Assembly: GCA_001938485.1 (NCBI GenBank)
Contig: MQRK01195294.1
Coordinates: forward strand, 1-56,068
Reading direction: 5' to 3'
Length of the DNA stretch: 56,068 nt
From: Girardia tigrina
Lineage: Eukaryota
Shown: piece by piece, positions 53,077 through 56,068 of the stretch
Layout: the number at the start of each line of letters is the position of its first letter
How positions within the stretch are numbered: position 1 is the stretch's first letter
Made by a program: the position numbers and the translations under genes
Notes under the pieces: model-generated
Told to the model about the DNA's origin: nothing
The model's input: the letters and a program-made list of their open reading frames with translations, nothing else
Databases searched by the model: none

Positions 53077-54751
53077 TGCCTATTCTAATCCTTTCAAAAA
53101 TCCTTCGATTTGACTTTCTAAATGAATCGATTGCCATCTTGGATTCATAAAAATCAGTTTACCTTCTGTTTCAATTTTATGGACAACAATATCCGTAAAT
53201 CCCAAATCGTATTCATGTTTCATGAAAACATCATCATATCTTTTCACGAGGTCTTCCAGTCGTTTGTTTTGCGCTTGCAGTTTCATATCTTTCTCCTCTG
53301 TCACAACTGACTTCTCGGTAGTTTTTTAAAGTTTGATTCCGAATTTATGCATGAAATTAACACCTCCAATGAATACCAGTCGGATTGCTTTCACCACTAA
53401 AAAGTCTACCGCACGGCACTTTTCTTTCCATTTCAACTTCACTGTAATTTTTCCTAAACACTAATGGCCTTCTTAAAACGATCCATTTAGTATAATTGGG
53501 CTCTTTTCTAATCTGGGTTGTCCGATTTCCAACCAAACTTTCTCACTAATAACTAAAGCACCCGCTCCACTATCCAACAAAATTCATACATAGTGATTGT
53601 TCAGCTTAATATCGCTCCACCATCTACCATCTGACCCCTCTACTATCTCTGCAATTCGATTTTTTTGAATATTTTATGCCAACTCCACAGACGAAATGCT
53701 CACAACGGAGTCTCTGGCATTTAAACCATCTTCATATTCATCTTTATATAATATGATATCCACGTTTTCTTCATTGTACACATCTTTGATGCATACTACA
53801 TTAACATTCTTAATATGATTACAGTTTCTGAACACACGTCTCCTTTTTCCACAGATTAAACAAAGATTATATAAAGGACAATCTTTCCTCAAATGCCCAT
53901 GATTTCACTGCAATACCAATCACCTTTGGTTAAATGCACCTCTTCTGGAGTCGGAAGTCTCTTTATTTTGCAATATAACTTCCTTTCTTCGTATCAAGCC
54001 GAATGCACCGGGCTATTATATTGTTGTTTATCTTCTGACATTCTACTGGATACTCATTACTTTTATTAAATCTTTCTGATGGTATTATACTTAATATTGG
54101 TTGTCTATCGTTTGTTTTATTCAATCGAGCTGTATTTCTTCTATGTTCAGGATTCTCATATCTTCTAACTTTATGTTTGTCTTTCTTTGTCATTTCTGCA
54201 TACGATGTTTTGACGGTTAAAACATCATTTCTTTCTTCTTTTGATATGTTATCCTCATAAATCTTAGCTTCTGCTCTCATTTCGTCCACCGATATGTTAG
54301 GTTTGAAAACAAATCGATCCTTCAGAACTTGAGAGTTTATCCGCTTTTTCAAAAGTTCATTCAAAATTTTCAATTGTTTTCCGAACCCTTAATTCGAATG
54401 TTAAGAATCTTTCATTCTCACCTTGACAAATTTGGCTTATTTTCTCCAATTCTTCCAACAGCGGTACTTTCTTTATTAATGTTTTCTGTATCCAATGTTT
54501 TCTTACCCTCTTCTGTTGCATTACCCCAAAGAATTTTCGCTTCGTCTATAAACAAATAGTTACACATTTCCGAGAATGTTAACCCAAAAAAATCTGAGCA
54601 TTGGCGTATGTCTCTATACCATATCTGATCTTCTTCAGAAGCCACTCCATTGTACTCCTTCATTTTGTTCTCGAGGGTTTCCTTAACTGATTGATATCAG
54701 TTCTAGTTAAGAAAGCCTCAAAAATTTTATTGAAATACCAGCGTGGTCGCC

Positions 54752-54857
54752 AGTTAAATCTCCAGGTTTCACTTCAGGATTCATAATATCAACAAGTAGA
54801 ATTTATTTAATATTTACAATCTTTTTAGAATACTTAAACAAATTAATAATCACAACT
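54752..54857 (-). repeat. 5' LTR followed by PBS (probably tRNA-Arg)
   Basis: Minus strand ...TTAAC TGGCGACCACGCTGG. Confidence 0.93.
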
Positions 54858-56068
54858 AAAATGAAAGAAACAAATTAAATTTTTTTAGTGAATAATTTGG
54901 AATTCTTAACAAAAAACTGATAAAACGGAAAGAAATCAAAATTATGATAGTACATCAAAAAGTTCGTAGACTAGTCGCCTTCAAACGATCAAATAAATCC
55001 AAAATGCATGTATTTGTTTGGCATGTCCGAAGATCTGATTGCAACAATCGAATTTCCCAAGTAGTCTTAATTGTTCGTTAATTCGATGTTAAAAATCAAT
55101 TTTGCTGATGTACCACTTTATCCCATCGACTTGTCTCGACGATTTCGCTTCATAAAATATCTATTTTGTCCGATATTTTGTTAAAATGAATCATTTTGTG
55201 TAAACAAATTTAATTTATACGAAATCATGTTTTATTTTTAGCACAAATAAATCGAATTTCGAATAATGCATTTGTCCATCATCAATATTTACCACTTTTT
55301 ATACTTTTGTTTTACAAATAAAAATTCTTAATTTCTGATTTCTAAAAATTTTATTACAATAAATTTTTATTCTATTTCTTTTACAATTATTTAGGACACT
55401 AATATGATATCCAATATATTTATTGACATCACAACTCGAATTGCCTCTTGGACAATTCTCCACAAAACTTTCGTAGCCAGACATCGTTCTTGATTGATAA
55501 ATTTTAATTCTATTTCTAAACTTCTAATAATTCGAAAAAAATTAAATTAAAATTCATAGAAGTAAAGATTCATTTTATTTAAATGGAAAATATTTAAGTT
55601 AACCCCAAACATTTACATGAAAATTTACCTTATCCTAACCATTTTGGTATCAGTTTGACTGAAATGTCTGACCAAATGGAAATCTGAGAGAACTTTGTGT
55701 TCTCTCAACTGTACCAGGTTTGACACTGGTGACATTCAGTAAAAAAAAACAGCAATGCCAAAAAATTTATTATATGAGCAGCCGACCTCCTCATTAAAGT
55801 CATCGAACTTGAACCCAGGCACAGAGTCAACCGAATTCCTGGCGACACCTACTAGCAGAAGATCAGCTATTATATCCGATGACACAGAGAAATTATTAAA
55901 GATATTGTTGGGTTCTTGATCAATATTAGAATTCATAACACCAAAAATTTATTAATCTTATTTTAGAAATACAAAAATATTAGCAATATTTAAATTATTA
56001 TTATTTAATAGAGATTATTTACAAAAATTAATTATTCAAAAATTTATAAAATGAGCCCGTCCTTCACA

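Larger units (their letters stand above)
49352..54857 (-). mobile_element. Complete Ty3/Gypsy LTR retrotransposon (gag-PR-RT-RH-INT decayed) with two internal foreign segments
   Basis: 106-bp LTRs with 3 mismatches; AAAAT TSD on both sides; PBS TGGCGACCACG; PPT AAAAGAAGGGGAA. LLDSGAG, WNSPLV, LDTDAS, GPY motifs. Confidence 0.95.

Noticed and set aside
55299-55936. Possible host exons on the minus strand
   Set aside because: Stops in every frame and no recognisable motif, so it cannot be supported.
1-56068. Non-standard genetic code as an explanation for in-frame stops
   Set aside because: All three stop codons occur at conserved positions together with frameshifts, which fits neutral decay.

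Overview
AT-rich, gap-containing eukaryotic (animal-like, probably invertebrate; taxon is inference) genomic DNA that is mostly a graveyard of transposable elements. DNA transposons: a hAT (Tip100/ZMYM1-like), three mariners, a Tc1, a rosa/DD41D-like element, two Tigger/pogo elements, a piggyBac remnant plus three TTAA MITEs, and MULE and Chapaev3-like remnants. Retroelements: three Penelope 3' ends carrying four hammerhead ribozyme motifs, several Ty3/Gypsy fragments, and one complete LTR-bounded Gypsy element (49352-54857). Only one apparently intact host gene is visible (2230-3033, secreted protein), plus decayed intronless Rab-like and MAPKAPK2-like sequences. Most notable: (1) a ubiquitin-like domain ending in LGG fused in frame to a Gypsy Gag N-terminus; (2) a 1.08-kb insertion bounded by an inverted repeat and a direct repeat that carries a MAPKAPK2 kinase fragment inside the Gypsy RT; (3) a 21-bp-period array of RFX X-box-like palindromes; (4) hammerheads with compensatory stem changes; (5) foldback duplications inside Tigger elements. 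All calls come from reading and hand-translating the sequence; no searches were run.
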